From the NCBI GenBank assembly GCA_951406725.2, contig OX597833.1:69192001-69256000 (forward strand): a stretch of 64,000 nucleotides of DNA, written 5' to 3'. This DNA is from Octopus vulgaris. Lineage: Eukaryota. Below, piece by piece: positions 52,752 through 64,000 of this stretch. The notes beneath the pieces were generated by a model. That model saw only the letters and a program-made list of their open reading frames with translations. It was not told the origin of the DNA and did no database searches. How positions within the stretch are numbered: position 1 is the stretch's first letter; every line of letters begins with the position of its first letter. A program made the position numbers and the translations under genes.

Positions 52752-54565
52752 AATATCATCCAATACATTGAGACCGGTTCAATAATTGAGAGAGGGATAG
52801 AAACAGCGAGGTTTGTAGAATCGTTTGGAAAAATCCTTCAAATTTCCTTTCTCTAGTTTGGAAATTTCAATGATTGGACGCATTAAAACAATTTATACAT
52901 ATATATTGAACTTGTAAACACATTCACCAAAGCCTACGTGTATTTAGCATGGAAAATTAACTTCTTAATCCTGTATACTTACTGATATTTCTGTAATTCT
53001 AATAACTTTATAATAATAACCAAATTAATGCAGCAGAAATTTTATTTTAACAGAATGAAAGAGACACATTTTTCCCTCTAGGAATTCGATAATTTACTGG
53101 AATATGTCCGAATCCTTCTCAACTTATTTAGATTCTTTACCGCTTTATGAAATCTTCGTTGCTGTGTAAATATTGTTAAATACGCCTATTTCTGTTGTTT
53201 AATCAAGGAGCAATTGTTCAAATTTCTAACTGTATTTTCTTGTTTGGGAACTTAAATAAATTTAATTGTTTTACTCTTAAACGACCACTGATTGTCATGC
53301 AAGTCTCAGATGACCTCACGAGAAGATATCTGACAGACAGCCACAGGCTCGTTTTGGGTTGCATTGTTAACAGAAACGAATGTCTATAGCAAAATACACG
53401 TCAGATCTGTGTATGTTCAAGTAACTGTAAATATGTACCGAGGGATGAGAGCAATTCAATAATCGGAAGCAAACAGGGTTTCTATACGATTAAACAACGC
53501 TGTCTCATGTGATTGAAATATCAGTTTGAAATCATATTGTGTGCAGTCATGAAGTATTATTTGAAGCCACAGTGATGAATATTTGCTAATGCATCCTCTG
53601 GGCTTGCAGCGACAATAGCTTCTGCTTTGATTGCGAGAAATTACTGGGAGGTAAATCCAGTGCACATATATCTGTGTGCGTATGTGCATTTGTGTGTGCG
53701 TCTCTCTCTTTGTATATATATATATATACATATGTGTACATGTGCGTATTAGTAAATAGACGTGCGGGATTGGTTTCAAATTTCTCTTAGATTATTTATA
53801 CAATATTATTAATTCTACAAATGGTTTGTAACAATTTCGTTATTTCTTATTTGACGTTTCTAGAGCTTCAGAGTCGTGATTCCAAGAATGTAATACTTTA
53901 GCATTTGTGTTGTTTCTTAGATACTGGATGAATTCATAGAAGCTCTTCTTCAAAGTTTTTGTTTACTCTCAGCGTATTGGCCGCCAGCTACATGTTTATT
54001 TGCTTATTATGCACGAAACCTTCACCGTTAGACCTTCATGTCAGTTGCCACATGTTGATAATGTACGTTCAATTTCTACGTCTTTATTTTTGCTACATGA
54101 TTACGGCTTCAACGCTTCATCTTTTGCAAGGATTTTTACAGTCTCTACAACTTTTTTATCCTCTAGCATTTTCCCATCTAACTCCGTTTATTTGTGAGTG
54201 GTGTGACATTGTGCCGCTGCGTAGTGTGCCTACGCGAGATCTTTGTATAAATATGCTGAATGTCACACTTGGTCTTCTAAATTTTGCAATTCAGAGTCTT
54301 CCATCACACACACAAAAATACACACATACAAATGCGCATGCGCGATGCTGTCTTTGTGTGTGTTGTCCATCACCACTCTTTGACAACCGGTGTTGGTCTT
54401 TTTACGTTCACATAATTTAGCAGTTCGACCAAAGCGACCAATAGATTAAGTACGAGGGTCAAAATAATATTAATATTCTTTCAATAACAAAATTCAAGAC
54501 AATGCCCCAGCATGTCCGCAATGTGTATATATGTGTGTGTGTGTGTGCGTGTGTGTGTTTGTGTG

Positions 54566-54596
<31 letters not shown>

Positions 54597-54876
54597 ATGT
54601 ATTTTCATATTTGTTTTTATATTGTTATATATCAAAACAATTTCACATTATACTGAAGAATACATAATTTTTAGCAGAGGCGTGACAGAAATATATATTG
54701 TCTTCCCTTTATTACTCCCTATTTCCCCACTTGGGTTAATATCTTAATATCTCTATCCCCCTCTCTCTTTCTTCTTCTCTCGTATTACTCTTCCTCCTCT
54801 CTCTCTCCCTCCAACTGCGTCTCTTAATTTCCCTTTATACATACATACCTATATATGAATGTATGTACGTACGTAC

Positions 54877-54931
<55 letters not shown>

Positions 54932-54965
54932 GATGGATGGATGGATGTATATATGTATGTATGCA

Positions 54966-55330
54966 TGTGGAAGAGAGTGTAATTCGGCAGGAGGACTTAA
55001 ACGACATGCAAAGGTACATGAAGCCCAGTTACAACTACAGCCGGCTATTACCTGTAAAGGTTTTAGTTGCCAATTCTGTACAAGACATTGTAGATCTTTA
55101 GCTGGGCTAAAAAGTCACATTCGATTACAGCACCAGTAACAGTTAAGCTTCGTGCAATGGCCATACTCGATAACGAGGGGGCAGCCATAATGCACGTATG
55201 TATGTATGTATGTATGTATGTATGTATGTATGTATGTATGTATGTATGTATGTATGTATGTATGTATGTATGTATGCATGTATGTATGTATGTATGCATG
55301 TATGTATGTATGTATGTGCGTATGTATGTA
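54966..55330 (+). mobile_element. LINE 3' end (RTE-like) with two C2H2 zinc fingers and (TATG)n tail
   Basis: [18 protein letters not shown]...CQFCTRHCRSLAGLKSHIRLQH*, a short UTR, then long (TATG)n. No splice acceptor is present upstream, only microsatellite. Confidence 0.65.
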
Positions 55331-55974
55331 TATATGCATACATGTATGCATGGATGTATGTATGTATTTCAGTTATATTTCTTACTCTGTTTACATCAAC
55401 TAAACTTCCCTGAAACTGACGGGTTAATCAATGATTTTAGTCGATGCTATTTGCTTCAAGTTTTACTGTTCCAAGATCGAGAGGTTACGAACCAAGCTTT
55501 TCGAAAGCAGGTATATGTGTACCAGTTTCTAAATGGAACAGAAACTGCTACGTCACACAGTACAGGGGGGGGTTATCATATCGATAACTGTGATTCACAA
55601 TACGTTGCATTTTTTTTGAACCGTTGTTTACGATACGATGGGAGAAAAATCAATTTCCGAGTTTTCCAGTTAATTAATTAAACATTGCCGTGATTGCACA
55701 CCTGTATACGCATTTCATTATTTTCCGTAATTGTGTAATCAATATATTAAAAGAAACTATTGGAATTCAGGTGTTGTGGTTTTCTTTGAGTAAACTATCA
55801 TCAGCATCATCACTATGTAACTTTCGCACTTTGGTGATGGAAGGGGTTAGAAATTTTGCGTATAGTTGGAATACTAAGTTTTACGTATCAAATCTTGGCC
55901 GACTGCTCAGAGTTGTGCCCCACGAGGTGACGATTTCCATTGGGGAATAAGAATTCCATAAAGTCAGGTAGTGT

Positions 55975-56208
55975 TTGATTTATTCTTTTATTCTTTTATT
56001 CGTTTCAGGCATTTGACTGGGGCCATGCTGGAGCAAAACCTTTAGTCGAACAAATCGACACCAGGAATTATCCTTTGTAAGCCTAGTACTTATTCTGTCG
56101 GTCTCTTTTACCGAACAGCTACATTACGGGAGCGTAAACACACACGCATCGGTTGTCTAGCGATGTTGCAGACAAACACACAAACAAACACACTCACATA
56201 CACACACT

Positions 56209-56265
<57 letters not shown>

Positions 56266-56415
56266 GACGGGCTTCTTTCAGTTTCCGTCTACCAAATTAA
56301 CTCACAAGGCTCTGGTAGGCCCAAGGTTATAGTAGAAAACACTAAGCTAAGGTGCCATGCAGTGGGACTGAACCCAGAACTATGTGGTTGGTAAGCAAGC
56401 TACCACACAGCCACA
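55975..56415 (-). mobile_element. SINE family C, near full length
   Basis: Matches 33168-33573, with an expanded internal (CA)/(TA) tract. Confidence 0.9.
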
Positions 56416-56638
56416 TATTTTATTATGCATTTGTTCTATACTTCTGCATTAAGAGTTCCAATGGTACTGAGGTCGAGAAGTCGTCAAGTACCGATTTCCA
56501 CGTAAACGGCTACGGACATCATTTCAAATCTCTTGGCTTATATATATATATATATATATATCAGTAATAATATAGGGTGAAATTAATTAATTTGGAATAA
56601 TCATTAAGTTCACCAAGTAGATTTCGGCATGTAAAAGC

Positions 56639-56686
<48 letters not shown>

Positions 56687-56711
56687 TATACAGAGAAACA
56701 GACAGACTGTC

Positions 56712-56793
<82 letters not shown>

Positions 56794-56864
56794 GGATAGA
56801 ACTATAATTCATACATATGTATATACATGCTTACACACATACACATATACTTATATACATATAC

Positions 56865-57215
56865 ACTTGGGCGAATGTATTCTACCTGACCCTCTGGCCG
56901 TCGAACGCCTTATGAGTGGATTTGGAAGACGAAAATTGAAAGAACCCTGCCATGTATATTTATGTGTGAGTGAGTATGTGTGTGTATGTGTATACTTGTG
57001 TATGTGTCTCTCTCTGTCTTTTTGTCTGTGTACCCATCACCGCTTGACAACTGGTGGTTGTGTCTTTACCCCGTCTTCACTTAGCAATTCGCCAAAAGAT
57101 CGATAAAAATGTCTAGCATTAACAAAAGTTCTGCGATCGATTCATTCGACTACAAATTCTTCATCATGTTGCCCCAGCATGCCCGAAGTCTAACAAGTCA
57201 AAAATAAAAGATGCA
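56865..57215 (+). mobile_element. SINE family C, degenerate
   Basis: GTGGATTTGGAAGACGAAAATTGAAAGAA...CGCTTGACAAC...CCCCAGCATG. Confidence 0.7.
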
Positions 57216-57761
57216 TACACACGCACACACACACATAATATATATACAGAAAGAGTGGGAGAGAGAGAGGGAGGGAGAAGACAGACAAACAGACAGACAG
57301 AGACAGAGACAGAGAGTAACCCACATTTACAGATCGAACATCAAAAATTAAAATTTAAAACTTATCACATCTACACAACATCAAATTTCCAATAAATATA
57401 CAACTCAATTTTTCAAAATATTCAACTTGAAATATTTTCCTTTCATCAATCGATAATATTTTTTTTTATTATCCAAAATGGGATATCATATAAAATCTAC
57501 GAAACTCCGATATATATGTATATATATGGGCATGTTACGTGTCAATGTGTTTAGATCGATCAGTTTATCGGGTTATATAAAAAGATAATCTCAATCATCT
57601 CTCATAGATTTCCTACCACACCTCAAATTGTATTTAATCTTTAAAATTACAGTTTGAGCTGAAGTTTCTAAAATCAAATCCACACACACATACACACACG
57701 CGCACACGGAAACGTCTATGTATAAATATTTATAATTTCATATGCTACGAATGTATGCATG

Positions 57762-57802
<41 letters not shown>

Positions 57803-57804
57803 CA

Positions 57805-57829
57805 TAGACAGACAGACAGACAGACAGAC

Positions 57830-57875
<46 letters not shown>

Positions 57876-57903
57876 ATGGATAGATAGTTAGATAGATAGA
57901 TAA

Positions 57904-57968
<65 letters not shown>

Positions 57969-57998
57969 CAGATGGATGGATAAATAGATAGATAAATG

Positions 57999-58035
<37 letters not shown>

Positions 58036-58120
58036 GTAGACAGACAGGGAGAGAAACAGACAGACAGACAGACAGACTTATAGATAGATAGATACATGCA
58101 TACATACATACATACATACT
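57805..58120. repeat. (AGAC)n/(AGAT)n/(ACAT)n microsatellite
   Basis: Read directly. Confidence 0.95.
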
Positions 58121-59084
58121 TAGATAAGTGTGTAGATACATATATATACTTATAAATATATGTATCATAGAAAATATATATGAAATATAAATAAAATTTG
58201 CGTGTCATATAAGGTGTACATAATATATACGATATAATATACGCACAGGTGTAAAATAACAATATGTATTTCGTCTGTAAAGAAAGATAAAATACGCCTA
58301 CGTATTTTGTCCGGTATCCTTAATGATTTGCTAGCTCTCCGGCTTATAGAGGTGCATTTCGTATTTCCGTGCGTCTTTTCTGCCAACAGATGGCACCATA
58401 ATTTATGGGTAATGTTATGAAATATTATGAAACGCAGATAGAAGTTAGAATAATTTGGTAACAAATTAAATAAAAGTAAGGTTTTCTCACGCACTCACTC
58501 GAAACTTTGTTGTGAACAAAATCGACCAAGCAATTAATATTTTTCTCCACGTTATTTGATCACAATCATTATCATCGGTTATCCTTAAAAAAAGTATATT
58601 AATATTTCTTCTAAGCGGATTATTTTCTCGTTAAAGTTAATAACAGATTTCTTTAGTTAGGTTTCTTAATTTTAGAGAATCACTTGATAGTAAAATTCAT
58701 AAAAATGAAATAAAATAAATTGAATTAATCACATCATCAGAAAGTGGATGCAAAATTAATAAAAGGAATTGATAAAGAATTTTTCGCGTGACGAGATGAA
58801 TTTAAGACGGTAGAACTAATTAAAAGATATCGAATTTACAAATTGGAAAGAAAGTTTAAAAAATGTAAATATAGCGGATAATTCAATAATAGTAGAAACG
58901 AAATTTAAATTGACAGAAGGTAGCTAAAGTACATTGTATATATAAAGTCGTTGTATTCGACTCCAAGTACAAGCGAATTTACTACAAGGGAATTTACTAC
59001 AAGGGAATTTACTTCGCTTTGTGTTGAATGACGGAGTGTATAGCAAATGTGTATATTAACTGGCGCATAGCACATTTGTATATA

Positions 59085-59400
59085 AATTTCTTTATTGGCC
59101 ACACAGGGCTGAATACAGAGGGGACAAATACAAATGTAGAGCTTTTCTTTGCGAAGATGGAAAAAGAAAATAAAGGAGCAAAAATGGAAATAAATGTAAA
59201 ATTCCGATCAAAAGGGATCGGAAAAAAAGAAAAAAAAGGCTTCAAAAGGGATCGCGTATCACGGAAACAATTTTTTTCACAGTAAGAAACAAGATTAGGT
59301 TCATCCGTGGGAAGAAAAGCCTACAAAAAAGGCCACGGTAACCTCAGTCATGGAGGAAATAAACACACGAGAGCAAAGTGTTCTCTCTCTCACTTTTGAG
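59085..59400 (-). mobile_element. LINE 3'-UTR fragment sharing its terminal ~45 nt with SINE family B
   Basis: Minus strand ends TTTGTCCCCTCTGTATTCAGCCCTGTGTGGCCAATAAAGAAAT, while the upstream sequence is unrelated to the SINE body. Confidence 0.55.
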
Positions 59401-59529
59401 GTTTTTTTGTAAGCCCTATAAAAGGACTGGAAGTTTGGGCCACCAACCACTCTTTTACAGATACCCTTTTGCAGACCAGAACTTCTCAAATCATCAGAGT
59501 ACAATGCGTCCATTCGCCACACCAAACAC

Positions 59530-59705
59530 CACTGTGTCTGTGCTTGTCCCTCTCATCACCGCTTCGCAACCGGTGTTTGTTTACGTCCGCGTAACTTAGT
59601 GGTTCGGTACATGAACCTGGTATCGATTCATTAGACTAAAAATTCAAGACGGTGTCCCAGTATGACCGCAGTCTAATGACTGAAGCAAGTAAAATATAAA
59701 AGATT
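59530..59705 (+). mobile_element. SINE family C, 3' part
   Basis: CAACCGGTGTTTGTTTACGTCCGCGTAACTTAG...CCGCAGTCTAATGACTGAAGCAAGTAAAA. Confidence 0.75.
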
Positions 59706-60306
59706 TTCCTGCATATATTTTTTTATAAGTTCATACCTACCTACCTACATACATACATGAATGCATATATACATATACATACATGTAGATATACACACAC
59801 ACATATATATACACACACACATATATACACATATATACACACGTCGATGAATTTGTTTTCCAAGATTCCTTATTGTCTGAAATTGTCTGTTGAAAGAAGT
59901 ATTGTTATATTTCGGGATGGTCACTTTTATTATTTTACCAAATAAAAGCGTTCGCTAAATATTCGTTCTTCACTCGTTTGTTATTGTACTTATTATTATC
60001 CTACGTCTATTGCCTGGAGAATGGATTTAGGAGAACAAGAGCATGAACGTGGGATGTAAGAGTCGCTAAAGTGTTCACAGGTGTGTGACGAGAGATTTCC
60101 AGACTATGGACAGAAGATAAAATAAGAACAATTATAAACGAGTGAAGAACAAATATCAAGCAATTATTCATTCTTAAATAACAGGTTACAGACATTTGCA
60201 ATCGTCCACAGTGTGAAGTAGATTGAACGCAACGGAGACTTCGCTGTTGATGAAAGGATACGTTGAGGCTGACAGAATGTTTGAATGTCTCATATATTAT
60301 TTAAAA

Positions 60307-60716
60307 AGGTGGCGAGCTGGCAAAAACGTTAGAGCGCCGGGCGAAATGCTTAGCGGTATTTCGACTGTCGTTACGTTCCGAGTTCAAATTCCACTGAGGT
60401 AGACTTTGCCTTTCATCCTTTCGGGTCGATAAATAAAGTACCAGTTTCGCACTGGGTCGATGTAATCGACTTAATCCCTTTGTCTGTCCTTGTTTGTCCC
60501 CTCTGTGTTTAGCCCCTTGTGGGTAATAAAGAAATAGGTATTTCTTCTGTCGTTACGTTCTGAGTTCAAATTCCACCGAGGTAGACTTTGCCCTTCATCC
60601 TTTCGGGGTCGATAAATAAAGTACCAGTTTCGCACTGGGTCGATGTAATCGACTTAATCCCTTTGTCTGTCCTTGTTTGTCCCCTCTGTGTTTAGCCTCT
60701 TGTGGGTAGTAAAGAA
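60307..60716 (+). mobile_element. SINE family B tandem dimer with TSD
   Basis: Full monomer plus head-less unit. ATATATTATTTAAAAA is duplicated on both sides (about 60292-60307 and 60718-60733). Confidence 0.93.
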
Positions 60717-61074
60717 TATATATTATTTAAAAACTGCAGAAAGACGAGATTTAAGTGAAGGAAACATACACCAAATTCAGAGATGTAAATATATAGAGAA
60801 GGATAGCTATATGTGTGTGTGTTTGTGTTTGTGTGTGTGTGTTTGTGTTTGTGTGCGTGTGTGTGTGTATGGAAGAGCCGCTGATGAGTTAACAATATAC
60901 TATACAGTGCGTGAGTTTCTATGGCAAAATAAATTGATCATCCTGAAATATGATAATTAACGAAGGAAGCCAAACATTATCTGCAGTGTCGCTAAAACAG
61001 CTCTTTATTATTTTCACACTGCCTTCTGCGCATGCGTGATTATAGCTAATTGATGTCACATTAAACGTCTTGAG

Positions 61075-61530
61075 GTCTATCATCTTTTGCTCGATCACAA
61101 CAACAATGAGGGCGAGGAACTTTTGCGCAGGATAATCACAGCTGATAAAACGTGGATTCATTATGAGGCTATATACGAGAGACATTACGGAGTGGGAAAA
61201 TCCTGGCTCGCCAGCGACCAGGAAATTCATAACAAAGCCTTCTACGAGAAAGGTGTTGCTAACCTTTGTTGGGGATTCAAAAGGGCCTATACTGGAAGAC
61301 TACCTAGAAAGAGGTATACGATCAACGGCGCACGATACGATACGGTGCACGAAGCCAGCAATTCGCACCAAACGCCGAAGCATATTGTCGAAGAAAGTCT
61401 TGTTGCATGACAATGCACGTCCACACACGGTCGTCCAGATCAGTGAAACCATTAACCATTTGGGTTTTGAGGTGCTGGAATACCCTGCCTACAGCCCAGA
61501 TTTCACCCCTTCTGACTATCATATCTCTGG
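61075..61530 (+). mobile_element. Mariner transposase pseudogene fragment (DDD catalytic domain)
   Basis: Frameshifted LRRIITADKTWIHYE / KVLLTFVGDSKG / LLHDNARPHT / LGFEVLEYPAYSPDFTPSDYH. Confidence 0.9.
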
Positions 61531-61735
61531 AAAGCCTGCCTCCCATTAGTTCATGAGAAAAAAACCATTGAAAAGCAGGCGCTAAAATTGAAAACGGTTA
61601 AAGTGTATAGAAAAAAAAAACGTTCATCTCACCAAATATGTTGTGGTCTGCTTCGCGCAGTCCCGGTTATTTCATGAGGTCAATGTTCGCTTTTCAGTGG
61701 ATTTTTTCTCATCAATTAATGGGATGCAGTCTTTC
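61531..61735. mobile_element. Small MITE-like element with ~45-bp imperfect TIRs
   Basis: AAAGCCTGCCTCCCATTAGTTCATGAGAAAAAAACCATTGAAAAGC versus the reverse complement of 61689-61734. Confidence 0.55.
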
Positions 61736-62397
61736 TCTTTAACCCGGAGTACTCGTGGAAAGCTTTGATGAGAAACAAGATCTTATTGATCAAATTTCGA
61801 AATCATGTGATAAGTTTTTATCAAGCTAATTCACTCGAAATTCTGCTAATTTCCAATAGCCTTACGACAATCACATTCACATCCTCATAGCACTTATTTT
61901 TACTTTTATGATAAGCACATTTCTTCCTTCTATGGCAAGCAGTGAGATATTGGTTTCCAATCTTTATTCTACATATTTCTTGATTTCTTCTTCACACAAA
62001 AATATTTTAAGATATTTTTTTCATACTGATGTCTTGATCTCAAGAATATACACACACTTATATTTCGATAGGTAGACACACAGACGTATCCTTTTTCATC
62101 CCATCTCAAAATGTCCTTCATAATTACATTCGCTGCTAAGTGCTTATCATATGATACGTGGTGTACTACTTTTATTTTATCCAATAGTCTTATAGTAAAA
62201 TGTATATATGGACACTATTATTCGTTCAAATGTACTTGCACAATTCACTGCACTTTGCATTCGCTGTCTTTGATAACGTTAGCACAGTTCGCGTTTTCAT
62301 TGTTAATGATGTCGTTGCAGCGATGTTCGCATATAGAAATTTATTTTTTTTAACAATCGTGTAACAATGATGTCCATTTAAGATTAGTATTGCTATG

Positions 62398-62425
62398 GAT
62401 ATTATTATTATTATTATTATTGTTG

Positions 62426-62457
<32 letters not shown>

Positions 62458-62551
62458 GGTGATGGTGGTGGTGGTGGTGGTGTTGGTGGTGGTGGTTTGT
62501 TGTTGTCATTATTATCATTATCATCATCGTCGTTATTATTATTATTATTAT

Positions 62552-62585
<34 letters not shown>

Positions 62586-62593
62586 TGTAGTAT

Positions 62594-62643
<50 letters not shown>

Positions 62644-62645
62644 TT
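62398..62645. repeat. Compound (TAT)n(GTT)n(GGT)n(TAG)n microsatellite
   Basis: Read directly. Confidence 0.95.
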
Positions 62646-62649
62646 CATT

Positions 62650-63265
62650 AGTCTTATTTTTATCACGTGCATTCAATGCACCAGCGAGCGCAGGTCCGTG
62701 TACATTGGGTGTGTTCTATGGTTTGTTGTGGTGCTTTTATTTTCACGAAATTGAAAGTGATTCATGCAGGATGTATGTGGTGCCTAGTAGTGCTATTTCT
62801 GTATATTATATTTACTTGTAAGTCATGTCGTTTTGGTTATATATTTGTCTCAATCTTTTTATCATACCTAATGCGCCTACAATAATACGAATTGTTTCTG
62901 TGTTTAGGCACTACATTCGATTTAATTTTATTTCCAGATGTTTGTATCTTGAATGTTTCTCTGTTACATTTAGAGAAACTGCCGTCTGTTGACATTGTTA
63001 CATCGATTAGAAAACATTTTTCTTCTTCGTGATCTCTAACAACTATATCCGGCCAAATTTCTCTGCTTGTATGTATTAGCATATCTCAAAAATGGTTGCT
63101 TTCTCGTTTTCTCTGACCTTTTCTGGGGTTTGCCTATACCATCTTTTTTCTGTTATTATTCCAGAGTGAAGGCATAGCTTCCAGCGTATATAGGTCCCAA
63201 CACTGTCGTGTCTGTGAATATACTCCTTCTTAGCCAGGACTGGGCAGCCAGAGACAATCACCTCA
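62650..63265 (-). mobile_element. Dong/R4-like 3' part with RLE domain and 3'UTR
   Basis: IVSGCPVLAKKEYIHRHDSVGTYIRWKLC...WYRQTPEKVRENEKATI / PDIVVRDHEEEKCFLIDV / IALLGT, ending at the (CTA)n/(TAA)n array. Confidence 0.9.
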
Positions 63266-63360
63266 TATCCTGAAGTTACATACTTTTCATTATGTGTTTT
63301 TTGTGATTTCTGATGAGAAGGCTTTGATCTTCTGTTATCATTATTATTGCTTATTACCAA

Positions 63361-63500
63361 TAGATGGAAGCTGTTCTCGCGACAACGGGTCTCGGTTCCG
63401 TTCTCAAAAGCTGGATCACTGCAATGTACAGCAATATCTGCTTGGTGGTCCAAGTAAAAAAAAAAGGCCAACTTTCGGAATCGTTTAAATCACTCATTCG
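63361..63500 (+). mobile_element. L1/Tx1-like reverse transcriptase fragment
   Basis: EAVLATTGLGSVLKSWITAMYSNICLVVQV..GQLSESF resembles the 'L.VL...GFG..F..WI..LY.....V.VNG.LS..F' RT segment. Confidence 0.7.
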
Positions 63501-63512
63501 AAATTCCTCCAA

Positions 63513-63615
63513 GACACCTGAAGAAGGCTGGAGGGTGTATCAGCCGAAACTATGTGATAACAACAAACAAGATGAAGACAAATATCCGTCAAATGTAAAT
63601 AATGTAAATAATGTA
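63513..63615 (+). mobile_element. Penelope-like pLTR remnant with degenerate hammerhead, same family as 52365-52449
   Basis: GACAC-CUGAAGA-AGGCUG GAGGGUGUAU CAGCC-GAAAC-UAU-GUG followed by ACAAGATGAAGACAAATATCCGTCAAATG. Confidence 0.6.
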
Positions 63616-64000
63616 ATGTATAGAAATTGAAAATTATAGAAAATCAAATTCAGTTTTTTTACTATTTCTTGCCGAGTGTCTTCCTGACACCTAGGGCATC
63701 GAAACTCACTGTATACATTGGTAGAAACGGTGGAAGAAAGAGGGAGAGAGCGAGAGAGAGAGAAAGGAAAAAAGAAAATGAAAAATAAGTAAACAAAGAA
63801 AATAAGGAGGAAATAAAAAGAGAAAACTTAACAGTGACAATACTCTTTTCGGTCCGTGTGAGGTACCACCTGAGACAAGCTGTTGCAATTCCTGCATGGA
63901 TGGTAAGCCAGGGATTAATCTCGAATAATTTTCAGTTCCTTTTTTTTCCTCATTCCAAGTACTCCTGCAAACATTGGTATTTTAACCACCTTGAGATGCC

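Noticed and set aside
58970-59012. 15-bp tandem repeat GAATTTACTACAAGG (about 3 copies) as CRISPR-like
   Set aside because: No spacers and a eukaryotic context. It is a simple local tandem duplication.

Overview
AT-rich, microsatellite-dense animal genomic DNA. The SINE families and repeat style suggest a coleoid cephalopod (Octopus-like), which is an inference. No intact protein-coding gene is visible, and the long IYIY/CVCV/poly-X ORFs are translations of simple repeats. The window is intergenic or intronic and packed with transposon relics. These include three tRNA-headed SINE families, Dong/R4-like RLE retrotransposon fragments in (TAA)n tracts, RTE and L1/Tx1-like fragments, mariner/Tc1 derivatives (one fold-back, one with a nested RTE), a non-autonomous Helitron and a Penelope-like RT relic. 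The most striking signal is a dispersed set of about a dozen sequence-diverse minimal type I hammerhead-ribozyme motifs with palindromic stem III. One has a fully canonical core (19554-19637, minus strand) and several carry a CCGANGA core variant. Many sit in short head-to-head palindromic elements, usually beside (TA)n, probably Penelope pLTR remnants. All calls are by eye with no database search.
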